Assembly (NCBI GenBank): GCA_964516515.1
Contig: CAZEYA010000002.1
Coordinates: 1,075 to 65,074 of the forward strand
Length of the DNA: 64,000 bases
Direction of reading: 5' to 3'
Origin: an uncultured Kineosporiaceae bacterium
Lineage (GTDB): Bacteria; Actinomycetota; Actinomycetes; Actinomycetales; JBBAYJ01
In this document: one piece after another, positions 26,580 to 35,225 of the stretch
Numbering within the stretch: the stretch's first letter is position 1
Layout: each line of letters starts with the position of its first letter
The notes under the pieces: generated by a model
The model's input: the letters and a program-made list of their open reading frames with translations, nothing else
Database searches by the model: none
Told to the model about the DNA's origin: nothing
Translations under genes and position numbers: made by a program

Positions 26580-27356
26580 CTACGCGGGCGCGCCGCCGTC
26601 CACCGGCCCGGATTGCGGGCGCGTGGCGCCCCGCCACAGTAGGCGGCCCGAGCGGCGCAGCGCCGCGGCGATCGGGCGGGATGGGTCGCAGGGGTCACAC
26701 GTGGTCAGGCATTGATTGAGCCAGACACCCTCGACCAGGCTGGCGAGTGAGGCGGCCAGATCGGTGACTGTCGTACCGTCCTGCAGCGTCACGTCGAAGT
26801 GTTCCAGCGCGTCGGTGAACAGCTGTTCCAGTCTCCGCACCCATTGGATGTGCTCGGCCATGCTGGGTTCGGCGATCTGCTCGCTCCACAGTCCGTACGG
26901 CACTGCCGTAAGCCACAGCGCCCAGAGAAAGGCGTAACTGACGGTCGGCGCGGCGCCACGCTGCGGTCCTCGCGACGATTCGTGGTCGAGTAAAGCGTCG
27001 AGCCAGTCCTCCGCCGTGGCGTAGCGGCCCGGCTCGGGATACTGGATCTCCGCGATTGCGTCACCGACGCTCAGCGCTAACGCCATGGTCTCGGCTTGGA
27101 ATGCCGCCTGGCTTCCGAAGAGGTTGGTGATGACTCCGCGGGTCTTGCCGTCGTGGGCGGCGACGGCTCCGGCGTCGAGCCGAGCGAAGGGACCGACCGC
27201 GAACGGTCGGGTGTCCAGCGCCTCGGAATCACTCTTGATCTGTTGCAGGACCACGAGCTCGCCGATGTCGACGTAGCGCTGTCGCGCCTCGTCCTTCGGC
27301 AGCGCCGACCGCTGCGAGCGCTGGCTGACCACGATGATCTCCGGCCTTCCTGTCAT
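26580..27356 (-). CDS. TetR-like transcriptional regulator (divergent family member, tentative)
   Basis: The GVITNLFGSQAAFQAE segment resembles the end of a TetR HTH, and the C-terminal half is long and helical. Divergently paired with a membrane protein gene. Confidence 0.45.
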   Translation of the reverse strand: MTGRPEIIVVSQRSQRSALPKDEARQRYVDIGELVVLQQIKSDSEALDTRPFAVGPFARLDAGAVAAHDGKTRGVITNLFGSQAAFQAETMALALSVGDAIAEIQYPEPGRYATAEDWLDALLDHESSRGPQRGAAPTVSYAFLWALWLTAVPYGLWSEQIAEPSMAEHIQWVRRLEQLFTDALEHFDVTLQDGTTVTDLAASLASLVEGVWLNQCLTTCDPCDPSRPIAAALRRSGRLLWRGATRPQSGPVDGGAPA

Positions 27357-27378
27357 GTCGTTGGCGACGCACGACCAG

Positions 27379-27420
27379 TTGACACATCAGGTAACGTACG
27401 TACCGTATGTACGTAGCGAT
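27379..27420. promoter_or_regulatory. Candidate divergent promoter/operator (TTGACA plus ACGTACGT-rich inverted repeat)
   Basis: TTGACA at 27379-27384, a 16-nt spacer, then TACCGT at 27401-27406. The imperfect inverted repeat cgtacgtac-cgtat-gtacgtagc overlaps it. The patch is locally AT-rich. Confidence 0.35.
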
Positions 27421-28096
27421 GCACGAGCCGGGAGTCGGCATGTTGATATCACACGGCACCATCGGCACCCACCATCCTCGGTGGGCCAACGCCGGCAGAT
27501 GGGCACTGACCCTCGCCGCCACGGCGGTGTCCATGTTCGCGTTGGACGCGGTCAGCGCGGCATCGGGATTCGTGTTGTCGGCCTCCGGACTGCTCGGGGA
27601 CCTCGACCACGTGTTGCTGCTGGTGCTGCTCGCCGTCACATATCTCGCGTGGGCGGCGGCATTGCGGGTCAATCTGCGAGCCAATTGGACGCTTCTCGTC
27701 GCCACGGGGACAAGCACCAACGTGCTCTCCAAGGTCGCCTTCGACGCCATACGGCGGGTGACGAGCAGCAGGACGAGCAGCAGGACGAGCAGCAGGACGA
27801 GCAGCAGGCGAGCGCAGCAGCTGGCTGCCTCGGCCGGTTACGTCGTCACCGAATTGGCCAAAGAGTTGCCCTATTATTTCGGTGCCTTCGCCACGGCTGT
27901 CGTGAGCGATTCGGTCTCAGCCAACGACGCAATCGTCTTCCTGGCAGGGGCGAATATCGGGGCCGCGGTGTACGAGTACGGTCTGGCGCGCATCACGCGG
28001 GCCATTCTGCATCGCAGTACGTCATGTCGTGTTCACGCGGACGGCACGACCTGGACGGCTCGGACGTCCATGCCGACGACATTGTTGACGAAATGA
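27407..28096 (+). CDS. Hypothetical membrane protein with (TSSR)4 repeat
   Basis: Hydrophobic segments WALTLAATAVSMFALDAV, VLLLVLLAVTYLAWAAAL and LPYYFGAFATAVV. A central SSRTSSRTSSRTSSRR stretch is encoded by a 12-bp x4 tandem repeat. Start uncertain (27407, 27419 or later). Confidence 0.5.
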   Translation: MYVAMHEPGVGMLISHGTIGTHHPRWANAGRWALTLAATAVSMFALDAVSAASGFVLSASGLLGDLDHVLLLVLLAVTYLAWAAALRVNLRANWTLLVATGTSTNVLSKVAFDAIRRVTSSRTSSRTSSRTSSRRAQQLAASAGYVVTELAKELPYYFGAFATAVVSDSVSANDAIVFLAGANIGAAVYEYGLARITRAILHRSTSCRVHADGTTWTARTSMPTTLLTK

Positions 28097-28432
28097 CCGG
28101 GTTGCAGGATCGACCACGCCCCCCACGTCACCGAGCGTAAGGGAGACGTCGGCGGACACGGTGTCGAGTGGTCCACGGAGTCCCAGCGGCCAATACGGCG
28201 ACAACGTTGACACCGGTCGGGGCATCCGTCAGCATCCACGCTGACACCCCCCGTGCCGTGAATGGCAAGCGGGGGGCCGAGGGGGTTCAGAATTCGCGCC
28301 CAAGGGGCGTGAGGGGGGCACATCGGGGCACGGAATCGGATACAGGGCTGAGTAGCACTGCCGAGTCCTAGGAGGCGTCGTGGCTGCTCACGGCCGATAT
28401 CACGGCCAAGAACAGCACGGCCCAAGGTCTGC

Positions 28433-29374
28433 TTAGTAGTACCAGGGAAACGACGACCAGTTGGGACGGCGTTTCTCCAGGAACGCGTTGCGGCCCTCCA
28501 CCGCCTCGTCGGTCATGTACGCGAGCCGGGTCGCTTCGCCGGCGAAGACCTGCTGGCCCATCAGGCCGTCGTCGACGAGGTTGAAGGCGAACTTCAGCAT
28601 GCGCTGGGCGGTCGGCGATTTGCTGTTGATCTCCGCGGCCACCTCCAGCGCCGTGGCTTCGAGTTCGGAGTGGTCGGCGACGATGTTGACCGCCCCCCAC
28701 TGCGCCATCGTCTCGGCGTCGTAGGTGCGGCCCAGGAAGAAGATTTCCCGCGCCCGTCGCTGGCCAACCAGCCGCGCGAGGTAGGCCGAGCCGTAGCCGG
28801 CGTCGAAGCTCCCGACATCGGCGTCGGTCTGCTTGAACGCCGCGTGCTGCCGACTGGCGATCGTCAGGTCGCAGACGACGTGTAGCGAGTGCCCGCCGCC
28901 CGCCGCCCAGCCGGGCACCACGGCCACGACCACCTTGGGCATGGTGCGGATGAGGCGCTGCACCTCCAGGATGTGCAGCCGCCCCCCCTCGGCCGCCGTG
29001 CGCCGCTCGTCCACCGTGTCGGCGCCCTCTCCGGCGGCGTACTGGTAGCCGGTTCGGCCGCGGACGCGCTGGTCGCCGCCCGAGCAGAACGCCCACCCGC
29101 CGTCCTTGACGCTGGGGCCGTTGCCGGTGAGTAGGACGCAGCCGACGTCGCTGGTCCGGCGGGCGTGGTCGAGCGCCCGGTACAGCTCGTCCACGGTGTG
29201 CGGGCGGAAGGCGTTGCGGACCTCGGGGCGGTCGAAGGCGATCCGGACCGTCCCACCGGCCGGGCCGGGCCGTATGCAGCGGTGATACGTGATGTCCGTG
29301 AGGTCCTCGAAACCGCCCACCGTCCGCCACGCCTCGGGGTTGAAGATGACAGAGACCTCGGGGCGGGCTGGCAT
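28433..29374 (-). CDS. menB: 1,4-dihydroxy-2-naphthoyl-CoA synthase
   Basis: DITYHRCIRPG...VRIAFDRPEVRNAFRPHTVDELYRALDHAR...LLTGNGPSVKDGGWAFCSGGDQ...PNWSSFPWYY. Start at ATG 29374. Confidence 0.95.
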   Translation of the reverse strand: MPARPEVSVIFNPEAWRTVGGFEDLTDITYHRCIRPGPAGGTVRIAFDRPEVRNAFRPHTVDELYRALDHARRTSDVGCVLLTGNGPSVKDGGWAFCSGGDQRVRGRTGYQYAAGEGADTVDERRTAAEGGRLHILEVQRLIRTMPKVVVAVVPGWAAGGGHSLHVVCDLTIASRQHAAFKQTDADVGSFDAGYGSAYLARLVGQRRAREIFFLGRTYDAETMAQWGAVNIVADHSELEATALEVAAEINSKSPTAQRMLKFAFNLVDDGLMGQQVFAGEATRLAYMTDEAVEGRNAFLEKRRPNWSSFPWYY

Positions 29375-29421
29375 GCGTCGGAGCCTATGGCTCCGCCGGT
29401 CGATCGGGCAGGCTGAGGGCC

Positions 29422-30243
29422 ATGGCGGGTACGGGCAGCACCGCGACCTTGATCGCCGCACTCTGGGACCACGGCGACGCGGCCGGTAGCGAGGCGCGTT
29501 TCGTGGCCGCCCTCCGCTCGCGGGACCTCGACGAGGACGGTCACGTCGAGGTGACGACGCAGGTGGCGCGAGCGATGGTGCTGCAGGAACGCAGCGAAGA
29601 GGCGCTGGCCTTGCTCCGCGACGTGGGCGACGGCATCGACGAGCGGGGATTGCGGGCCCGTATCCGGTGGCAGTTGGAGAGCGGCCGGGCACTGGCGTCG
29701 GCGATGCATGGCAACGACCCTGCCGGGGCACTGATCCACCACGAGACCGCGTGGCGACTGGCAGACCAGGACCAGGGTGCCGACGACCTCGCGGTGGACG
29801 CCGCTCACATGGCCTCGATCGTCAACCTCGACCCGTCGGGCAAGGCGCGGTGGCTGGCGCTCGCTCTCGAGCGAGCGTCCGCCTCAAGCGAGCCGCATGC
29901 CCAGCGCTGGCGCGCGAGCCTGCTCAACAACCTCGGGATGCTCCAGCACCAGGGCGGTGACGATGCCGCAGCGCTTGCCTCATTCCGTGAGGCTCTGGCC
30001 TGCCGCTTCGCCGACGGGGCTGCAGCGGGGGACATCTTCGTCGCCGAGTGGATGGTCGCCTGGGCGCTGCGCCTCACAGGTGAGCACGAGGCCGCGCTGG
30101 CGATTCTGTGGCGGCTGGAGGCCGCAGCGCGCGAACGCAACGACCCCGACCCATACGTCTTCGAGGAGTTAGGTCAGCACCTGCTCGAACAGGGCCGCGA
30201 CGACGAGGCCGCCGTCTGGTTGGGCCGGGCCGGACGGACATGA
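29422..30243 (+). CDS. TPR-like helical repeat protein, unknown function
   Basis: All-alpha sequence with repeated A/L-rich helical hairpins (NNLGMLQHQGGDDAAALASFREAL, ELGQHLLEQGRDDEAAVWLGRA). Confidence 0.5.
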   Translation: MAGTGSTATLIAALWDHGDAAGSEARFVAALRSRDLDEDGHVEVTTQVARAMVLQERSEEALALLRDVGDGIDERGLRARIRWQLESGRALASAMHGNDPAGALIHHETAWRLADQDQGADDLAVDAAHMASIVNLDPSGKARWLALALERASASSEPHAQRWRASLLNNLGMLQHQGGDDAAALASFREALACRFADGAAAGDIFVAEWMVAWALRLTGEHEAALAILWRLEAAARERNDPDPYVFEELGQHLLEQGRDDEAAVWLGRAGRT

Positions 30244-30330
30244 CCGTGCGGGTGGCAATCACGGCGGACGCGACGCCGGGGGACCGCCGAATACAGTGAC
30301 GGGCGTGAGGACCAGGCGGGGCGCAGGCAG

Positions 30331-32931
30331 GTGACGGCGTCCACCTCGACCGACGTCCTGCTTTCGACTCTCCTGCCGCCCCCCGCCGCGACGCCGGACG
30401 AGGCCGACCCCGACGCGATCCTCGAAGCCTTCGTCGCATGGACGGCCGGGCACGGGTTGACGCTCTACCCGCACCAGGAGGAGGCGCTGCTCGACGTGGC
30501 TGCCGGCTCGCACGTCGTGCTGGCGACCCCGACCGGCTCGGGCAAGTCCCTCGTGGCCACCGGCGCCCACGCCGCCGCGCTCTCCCGCGGCGAGCGGTCG
30601 TTCTACACCGCCCCGATCAAGGCGCTGGTCAGTGAGAAGTTCTTCGCGTTGTGCGACGTGTTCGGCGCCGACAAGGTCGGCATGATGACCGGGGACGCGG
30701 CCATCAACTCCGGCGCCCCGATCATCTGCGCCACCGCCGAGATCCTGGCCAACCTGGCGCTGCGCGAGGGCCCGGCGGCCGACGTGCAACAGGTGGTGAT
30801 GGACGAGTTCCACTACTACGGCGATCGCGACCGCGGCTGGGCCTGGCAGGTGCCACTGCTCGAACTGCCACGGGTGCAGTTCATCCTCATGTCGGCGACG
30901 CTCGGCGACGTCAGCGACCTGTCGAAGAAGCTGGCCGAGCGGACCGGGCGCCCCGTCGAACTCGTCACCTCCGCGCAGCGCCCGGTCCCGCTGACGTACG
31001 AGTTCGTCTTCGAGCCGCTTCCCGAGACCGTCGAACTGCTGATCCGCGACGGCAACGCCCCGCTCTACGTCGTCCACTTCACCCAGGCTGCGGCGCTGGA
31101 GCACGCCCAATCGCTGCTCGCCGCACCGATCATCACCAAGGACGAGAGGGCCGCGATCCATGCCGAGATCGGCGCCTTCCGGTTCACCGCCGGTTTCGGG
31201 CAGACGCTGCGCCAGCTGGTCCACCACGGCGTCGGGGTGCACCACGCCGGGCTGCTGCCCCGCTACCGACGGCTGATCGAGCGGCTCGCGCAACGCGGCC
31301 TGCTCAAGGTGATCGCCGGCACCGACACCCTCGGCGTCGGGATCAACGTGCCGATCCGCACCGTCGTGCTGACGGCGCTGACCAAGTACGACGGCCGCCG
31401 GATGCGGCTGCTGTCGGCGCGGGAGTTCCACCAGATCGCCGGGCGTGCCGGGCGGGCGGGGTACGACACCGCCGGTCACGTCGTGGTCGAGGCGCCCGAG
31501 CACGTCATCGAGAACCACCGCGCCGTGGCTCGCGCTGGCGATGACCCCAAGAAGCTGCGCAAGATCGTCAAGAAGAAGCCGCAGGACGGGGTGGTGTCGT
31601 GGAACGCGGCGACCTTCGACCGCCTCGTCAGCGCCGAGCCCGAGCCGCTGCGCTCCAGCTTCTCGGTGTCGCACGCCATGCTGCTCAACGTCATCGGCCG
31701 CTACCCCGACGGGACCGGCGGCGACGCGTTCACCGACATGCGGCACCTCATCGAGGACTCCGACGAGTCCCGACAGCGGCAACTGCATCACATCCGCAGG
31801 TCCATCGCCATCGTCCGGTCGCTGCTGGCGGCGGAGGTGGTGCAGCGGGTGCCGACTCCTGAAGGCATCCGGTTGCGGCTGACCGTCGACCTGCCGCGCG
31901 ATTTCGCCCTCAACCAGCCGCTGTCGCCGTTTGCGCTCGCCGCGCTCGATCTGCTCGACGCCGAGTCGCCGACGTATGCCCTCGATGTGGTCTCGGTGAT
32001 TGAGGCGACCCTCGACGATCCACGGCCGGTGCTGATGACCCAGCTGCATCGGGCTCGTGGCGAGGCGGTCGCGGCGATGAAGGCGGACGGGATCGAGTAC
32101 GACGAGCGGATGGAGCTGCTCGATGCGGTGAGCTGGCCGAAGCCGCTGGAGGAGCTGCTGGACCACGCCTATGAGACCTACCGCCAGTCGCACCCGTGGG
32201 TCTCGGAGTACGAATTGTCGCCGAAGTCGGTGGTCCGGGACATGTACGAGCGGGGGGCGACCTTCACCGAGTACATCCGCGCCTACGACCTGATGCGCTC
32301 GGAGGGCGTGGTGCTGCGGTACCTCGCCGACGCCTACCGTGCGCTGCGGCAGACGGTCGGCGAGGCGTCACGGACCGAGGAGCTCAACGACCTCGTGGAG
32401 TGGCTGGGCGAGCTGGTGCGGCAGGTGGACTCCTCGTTGCTCGACGAGTGGGCGCAGCTGGCCGAGGGCGCGGGGGTCGGGGCCGAGGTGCGGGCATTCG
32501 TCGACGACGGTCCGCCGCCCGTGACCCGCAACGTCCGCGCGTTCCGGGTGCTGGTCCGCAACGCGATGTTCGCCCGGGTCGCACTGGCGGCGAGGCAAGA
32601 CTGGCGGCGGCTCAGCGAGCTGTCCCAGCCGGTTGAGGGGACGCACCGCCAGGTGGTGGCTGACCGGGTGTGGGACGCCGACGCCTGGGCCGACGCGCTC
32701 GACCCGTACTTCGACGAGCACGACGAGGTCGGCACCGGGCCCGCCGCCCGCTCACCGGGTCTCTTCGTCGTCGACACCGGGTCACCGGCCGAGCGGGTGT
32801 GGCGGGTCAAGCAGATCCTCGACGACCCCGACGGCAACCACGACTGGCAGATCTGGGCCGAGATCGACCTGGCCGCCTCGGACGAGGTCGGTGAGGCCGT
32901 CGTCCGGGTGACGCGGGTGGGCGCGCTGTAG
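30331..32931 (+). CDS. DEAD/DEAH-box (Ski2-like) helicase with DUF3516-type C-terminal region
   Basis: Motif I ATPTGSGKS, motif II MDEFHYY, SAT, and HHAGLLP...GTDTLGVGINVP...QIAGRAGRAG. Confidence 0.9.
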   Translation: MTASTSTDVLLSTLLPPPAATPDEADPDAILEAFVAWTAGHGLTLYPHQEEALLDVAAGSHVVLATPTGSGKSLVATGAHAAALSRGERSFYTAPIKALVSEKFFALCDVFGADKVGMMTGDAAINSGAPIICATAEILANLALREGPAADVQQVVMDEFHYYGDRDRGWAWQVPLLELPRVQFILMSATLGDVSDLSKKLAERTGRPVELVTSAQRPVPLTYEFVFEPLPETVELLIRDGNAPLYVVHFTQAAALEHAQSLLAAPIITKDERAAIHAEIGAFRFTAGFGQTLRQLVHHGVGVHHAGLLPRYRRLIERLAQRGLLKVIAGTDTLGVGINVPIRTVVLTALTKYDGRRMRLLSAREFHQIAGRAGRAGYDTAGHVVVEAPEHVIENHRAVARAGDDPKKLRKIVKKKPQDGVVSWNAATFDRLVSAEPEPLRSSFSVSHAMLLNVIGRYPDGTGGDAFTDMRHLIEDSDESRQRQLHHIRRSIAIVRSLLAAEVVQRVPTPEGIRLRLTVDLPRDFALNQPLSPFALAALDLLDAESPTYALDVVSVIEATLDDPRPVLMTQLHRARGEAVAAMKADGIEYDERMELLDAVSWPKPLEELLDHAYETYRQSHPWVSEYELSPKSVVRDMYERGATFTEYIRAYDLMRSEGVVLRYLADAYRALRQTVGEASRTEELNDLVEWLGELVRQVDSSLLDEWAQLAEGAGVGAEVRAFVDDGPPPVTRNVRAFRVLVRNAMFARVALAARQDWRRLSELSQPVEGTHRQVVADRVWDADAWADALDPYFDEHDEVGTGPAARSPGLFVVDTGSPAERVWRVKQILDDPDGNHDWQIWAEIDLAASDEVGEAVVRVTRVGAL

Positions 32932-33067
32932 CGACGGCGGCTCCCACACTGCCCTGCCGGTTGTCATGATGGTGTCCTCTGGAGCACGTGCATCAGTACG
33001 CCGAGTTGGATCACGAGTGGGGTGAGGGCTTGCCGACCGGCACCGACGGACCTGTGACGCAGACCTG

Positions 33068-34135
33068 ATGAGCAACTTGCCGCTGCTGCGAATGACGCAG
33101 ACGACTCCCACCTGTCTATGGAACGACTCTGCCGACCCTACGGAGCTGTCGGCGGCCATCGGGTGGGGTGCCGTGGGTGCCACCTGCAACCCCGTCATCG
33201 CCCTGGCTGCACTCAATGCCGACCCGAAGACATGGCATGCCCGGATCGCCGAGCACGCCGGCGCCCGTCCCACCGCCACCGAGTCCGATATCGGCTGGGC
33301 CATGGTGCGGCGCCTGTCCGTCGAGAGCGCGGCGCTGCTGGCACCGGCGTTCGCCCAGCATCGCGGCCGCAACGGACGGCTGTCGGTCCAGACCGACCCT
33401 CGGCTGCACCGTGACAGCTCCGCCCTGGTCGAGCAGTCCGTCGAATTCGCCGCACTCGCCCCCAACATCATCGTCAAGCTGCCGGCGCTGGAGCCCGGCA
33501 TCGCGGCCATGGAGGAGCTGACGTACCGCGGGATCAGCGTCAACGCCACGGTCTCCTTCACCCTGCCCCAAGCGCTGGCCGTGGGCGCGGCGATCGAACG
33601 CGGTCTGCAACGACGCGAGGCCGAGGGGCTGGACATCTCGGCGATGGGACCGGTGTGCACGATCATGTGCGGGCGGCTGGACGACTGGCTCAAGGTCTCC
33701 GCCGAACGCGAGCAGGTGACGATGGACCCGGGTTACCTCGAATGGGCCGGTGTCGCGGTGTTCAAGAAGGCGTACGCGATGTACGTCGAGCGTGGCTACC
33801 GCACGCGGTTGTTGTCGGCGGCCTTCCGCAACCACATGCACTGGAGCGAGTTCGTCGGCGGAGATGTGGTGATCTCGCCACCCTTTGGCTGGCAGGTCCG
33901 GCTCAACGCGAGCGGGATCACGGCCGAACCTCGGATGGGGGAGCCAGTGCGGCCGCTGGTCGTCGAGACCCTCCACGCGAAACTGCCCGAGTTCCGCAAG
34001 GCCTACGACGAGGACGGTCTCTCGCTACCGGAGTTCGCCGAGTTCGGTTCGTCGCGGCGGACCATGCGGCAGTTCCTCGCCGCAAATGCCGAGCTGGAGG
34101 CATTCGTTCGGGACGTGCTGGTCCCCGAGGCCTGA
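33068..34135 (+). CDS. Transaldolase family protein
   Basis: TCLWNDSADPTEL...GATCNPVI...VKLPA... is typical of the actinobacterial transaldolase-like family. Confidence 0.8.
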   Translation: MSNLPLLRMTQTTPTCLWNDSADPTELSAAIGWGAVGATCNPVIALAALNADPKTWHARIAEHAGARPTATESDIGWAMVRRLSVESAALLAPAFAQHRGRNGRLSVQTDPRLHRDSSALVEQSVEFAALAPNIIVKLPALEPGIAAMEELTYRGISVNATVSFTLPQALAVGAAIERGLQRREAEGLDISAMGPVCTIMCGRLDDWLKVSAEREQVTMDPGYLEWAGVAVFKKAYAMYVERGYRTRLLSAAFRNHMHWSEFVGGDVVISPPFGWQVRLNASGITAEPRMGEPVRPLVVETLHAKLPEFRKAYDEDGLSLPEFAEFGSSRRTMRQFLAANAELEAFVRDVLVPEA

Positions 34136-34155
34136 TCGGCCGGGCGAGCTGTGGC

Positions 34156-34782
34156 TCAGAACTCGCCGCCACCGAACTCGCCGCCACCGAACTCGCCGCC
34201 GCCGAAGTCGCCACCGGCGCTCGGGTCCTCGCCATAGCCGCCGGCCGAGACGTCCTCACCGCCTGTGCCGTCTCCGCTCTCGGCGCCGGCCTCATCGCCG
34301 GCCGCCGCCGGGTCGCCCTCGTCGGACATGCCGTCGAGCATGGATCCGGCGATCGCGGTGCCGATGAAGGAGCCGGCGACGCTGGCGAGCAGGCTGCCAG
34401 CCAGCACCCCGCCCAAGCCCATGCCGCCACCCATGCCACCGCCGCCTGAGAAGCTGCGTTCGAGGGTGCCCGGCTGCCGCATCTCGGCGCGGGTGGCCAT
34501 CCTGGCCAGCGACTTCGGGTCGTCGTCGCGGGCTCGCTCGGATACCGGCACTTCGGCACTCAGACTGGTGAGCACCTCACGCCGCTGCTCGAAGGTGAGG
34601 TTGGCGAAAGCATCCTCGTGGGCCTGCTCGATCTGCTCCGGCGGTGCGGTGCGCAGCAGGTAGCGGTATCGCTCGACGGCTCGATCGTCGTCTGAGCCCG
34701 CTGTCTGGCGTGGCGCTGTCGGTGGCGCCGCCGTCGAGGTCTGCGGTTCCTCGCGTCCCAGGAGCCTGTCGATGAAACCCAT
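34156..34782 (-). CDS. Conserved hypothetical Gly-rich protein with C-terminal (GGGEF)n repeat
   Basis: MGFIDRLLG...AVERYRYLLRTAPPEQIEQAHEDAF...GGGGMGGGMGLGGVLAGSLLASVAGSFIG, ending GGDFGGGEFGGGEFGGGEF. Start at ATG 34782. Confidence 0.55.
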   Translation of the reverse strand: MGFIDRLLGREEPQTSTAAPPTAPRQTAGSDDDRAVERYRYLLRTAPPEQIEQAHEDAFANLTFEQRREVLTSLSAEVPVSERARDDDPKSLARMATRAEMRQPGTLERSFSGGGGMGGGMGLGGVLAGSLLASVAGSFIGTAIAGSMLDGMSDEGDPAAAGDEAGAESGDGTGGEDVSAGGYGEDPSAGGDFGGGEFGGGEFGGGEF

Positions 34783-34832
34783 GGCGAGAGCCTGACATCG
34801 ATGGAGCGTCGACGCAGAATCGGCGTGGCGCC

Positions 34833-35087
34833 TCAGGCGGCGCGGACCTCGCCCAGGCTCTCGGCATCGTGCAGGTAGGCCGTCATGGCGGCGAGCGCCC
34901 GCCGGAAGCGACCGTCGACAGGCTGGCTGAGCAGCGAGCACTCGACCCACATGGTCTCGCCGTGCACGACCGCCGTCATGGGGCGGCCGCATTGGCAGGT
35001 CGGGTGCTTGTCGATGCCGCGTTCGATCATGTCGGTGGTCATGCCGTCGGTGGTCGTGCTGTTGGTGGTCACGCTGTCGGTGGTCAT
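34833..35087 (-). CDS. Small hypothetical protein (84 aa), Thr-rich N-terminus, Cys motif CQC...C
   Basis: ATG 35087 is preceded by GAGGAG with ~6-nt spacing. Divergent from the TetR gene. Confidence 0.45.
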   Translation of the reverse strand: MTTDSVTTNSTTTDGMTTDMIERGIDKHPTCQCGRPMTAVVHGETMWVECSLLSQPVDGRFRRALAAMTAYLHDAESLGEVRAA

Positions 35088-35102
35088 GGCATCTCCTCTG
35101 TT

Positions 35103-35220
35103 GATACGGACCGTATCGTATCGTAGAAGAGTTCGACGACAGATGCAAGACGCTCCGTATCGGAAGGCCGACGGTCGCGGCGGCGCCGACGTTTGGGCTC
35201 GATACGGTGCGTCTCGTATC
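35103..35220. promoter_or_regulatory. Candidate TetR operator array (GATACGG/CCGTATC half-sites)
   Basis: Perfect 15-bp palindrome GATACGGaCCGTATC (35103-35117). Further half-sites at cgtatcgtatcg (35112-35123) and ccgtatcgg (35155-35163), and a second inverted pair GATACGgtgcgtctCGTATC (35201-35220) just upstream of ATG 35226. Confidence 0.55.
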
Positions 35221-35225
35221 ATCGG

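Noticed and set aside
28380-28436. 18-codon ORF with an AGGAGG Shine-Dalgarno sequence in the gap downstream of menB.
   Set aside because: It is too short to evaluate, has no recognisable motif and runs into the menB stop codon on the opposite strand. It is mentioned under the non-coding gap finding rather than called as a gene.
30259-32193. 644-aa ORF antisense to the helicase gene. Similar long antisense or alternative-frame ORFs occur elsewhere (2779..4293, 11064..12749, 23617..25167, 43967..44920, 60809..62410, 62028..63605, etc.).
   Set aside because: These are typical stop-codon-poor shadow frames of a GC-rich genome. Their translations are Arg/Pro/Gly/Ala-rich low-complexity sequence with no motifs, and in each case the opposite or other frame carries a clearly recognisable conserved protein.
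34159-34218. GGGEF repeats as a possible GGDEF diguanylate cyclase signature.
   Set aside because: It is only a low-complexity pentapeptide repeat at the extreme C-terminus. No cyclase fold or surrounding GGDEF-domain motifs are present.
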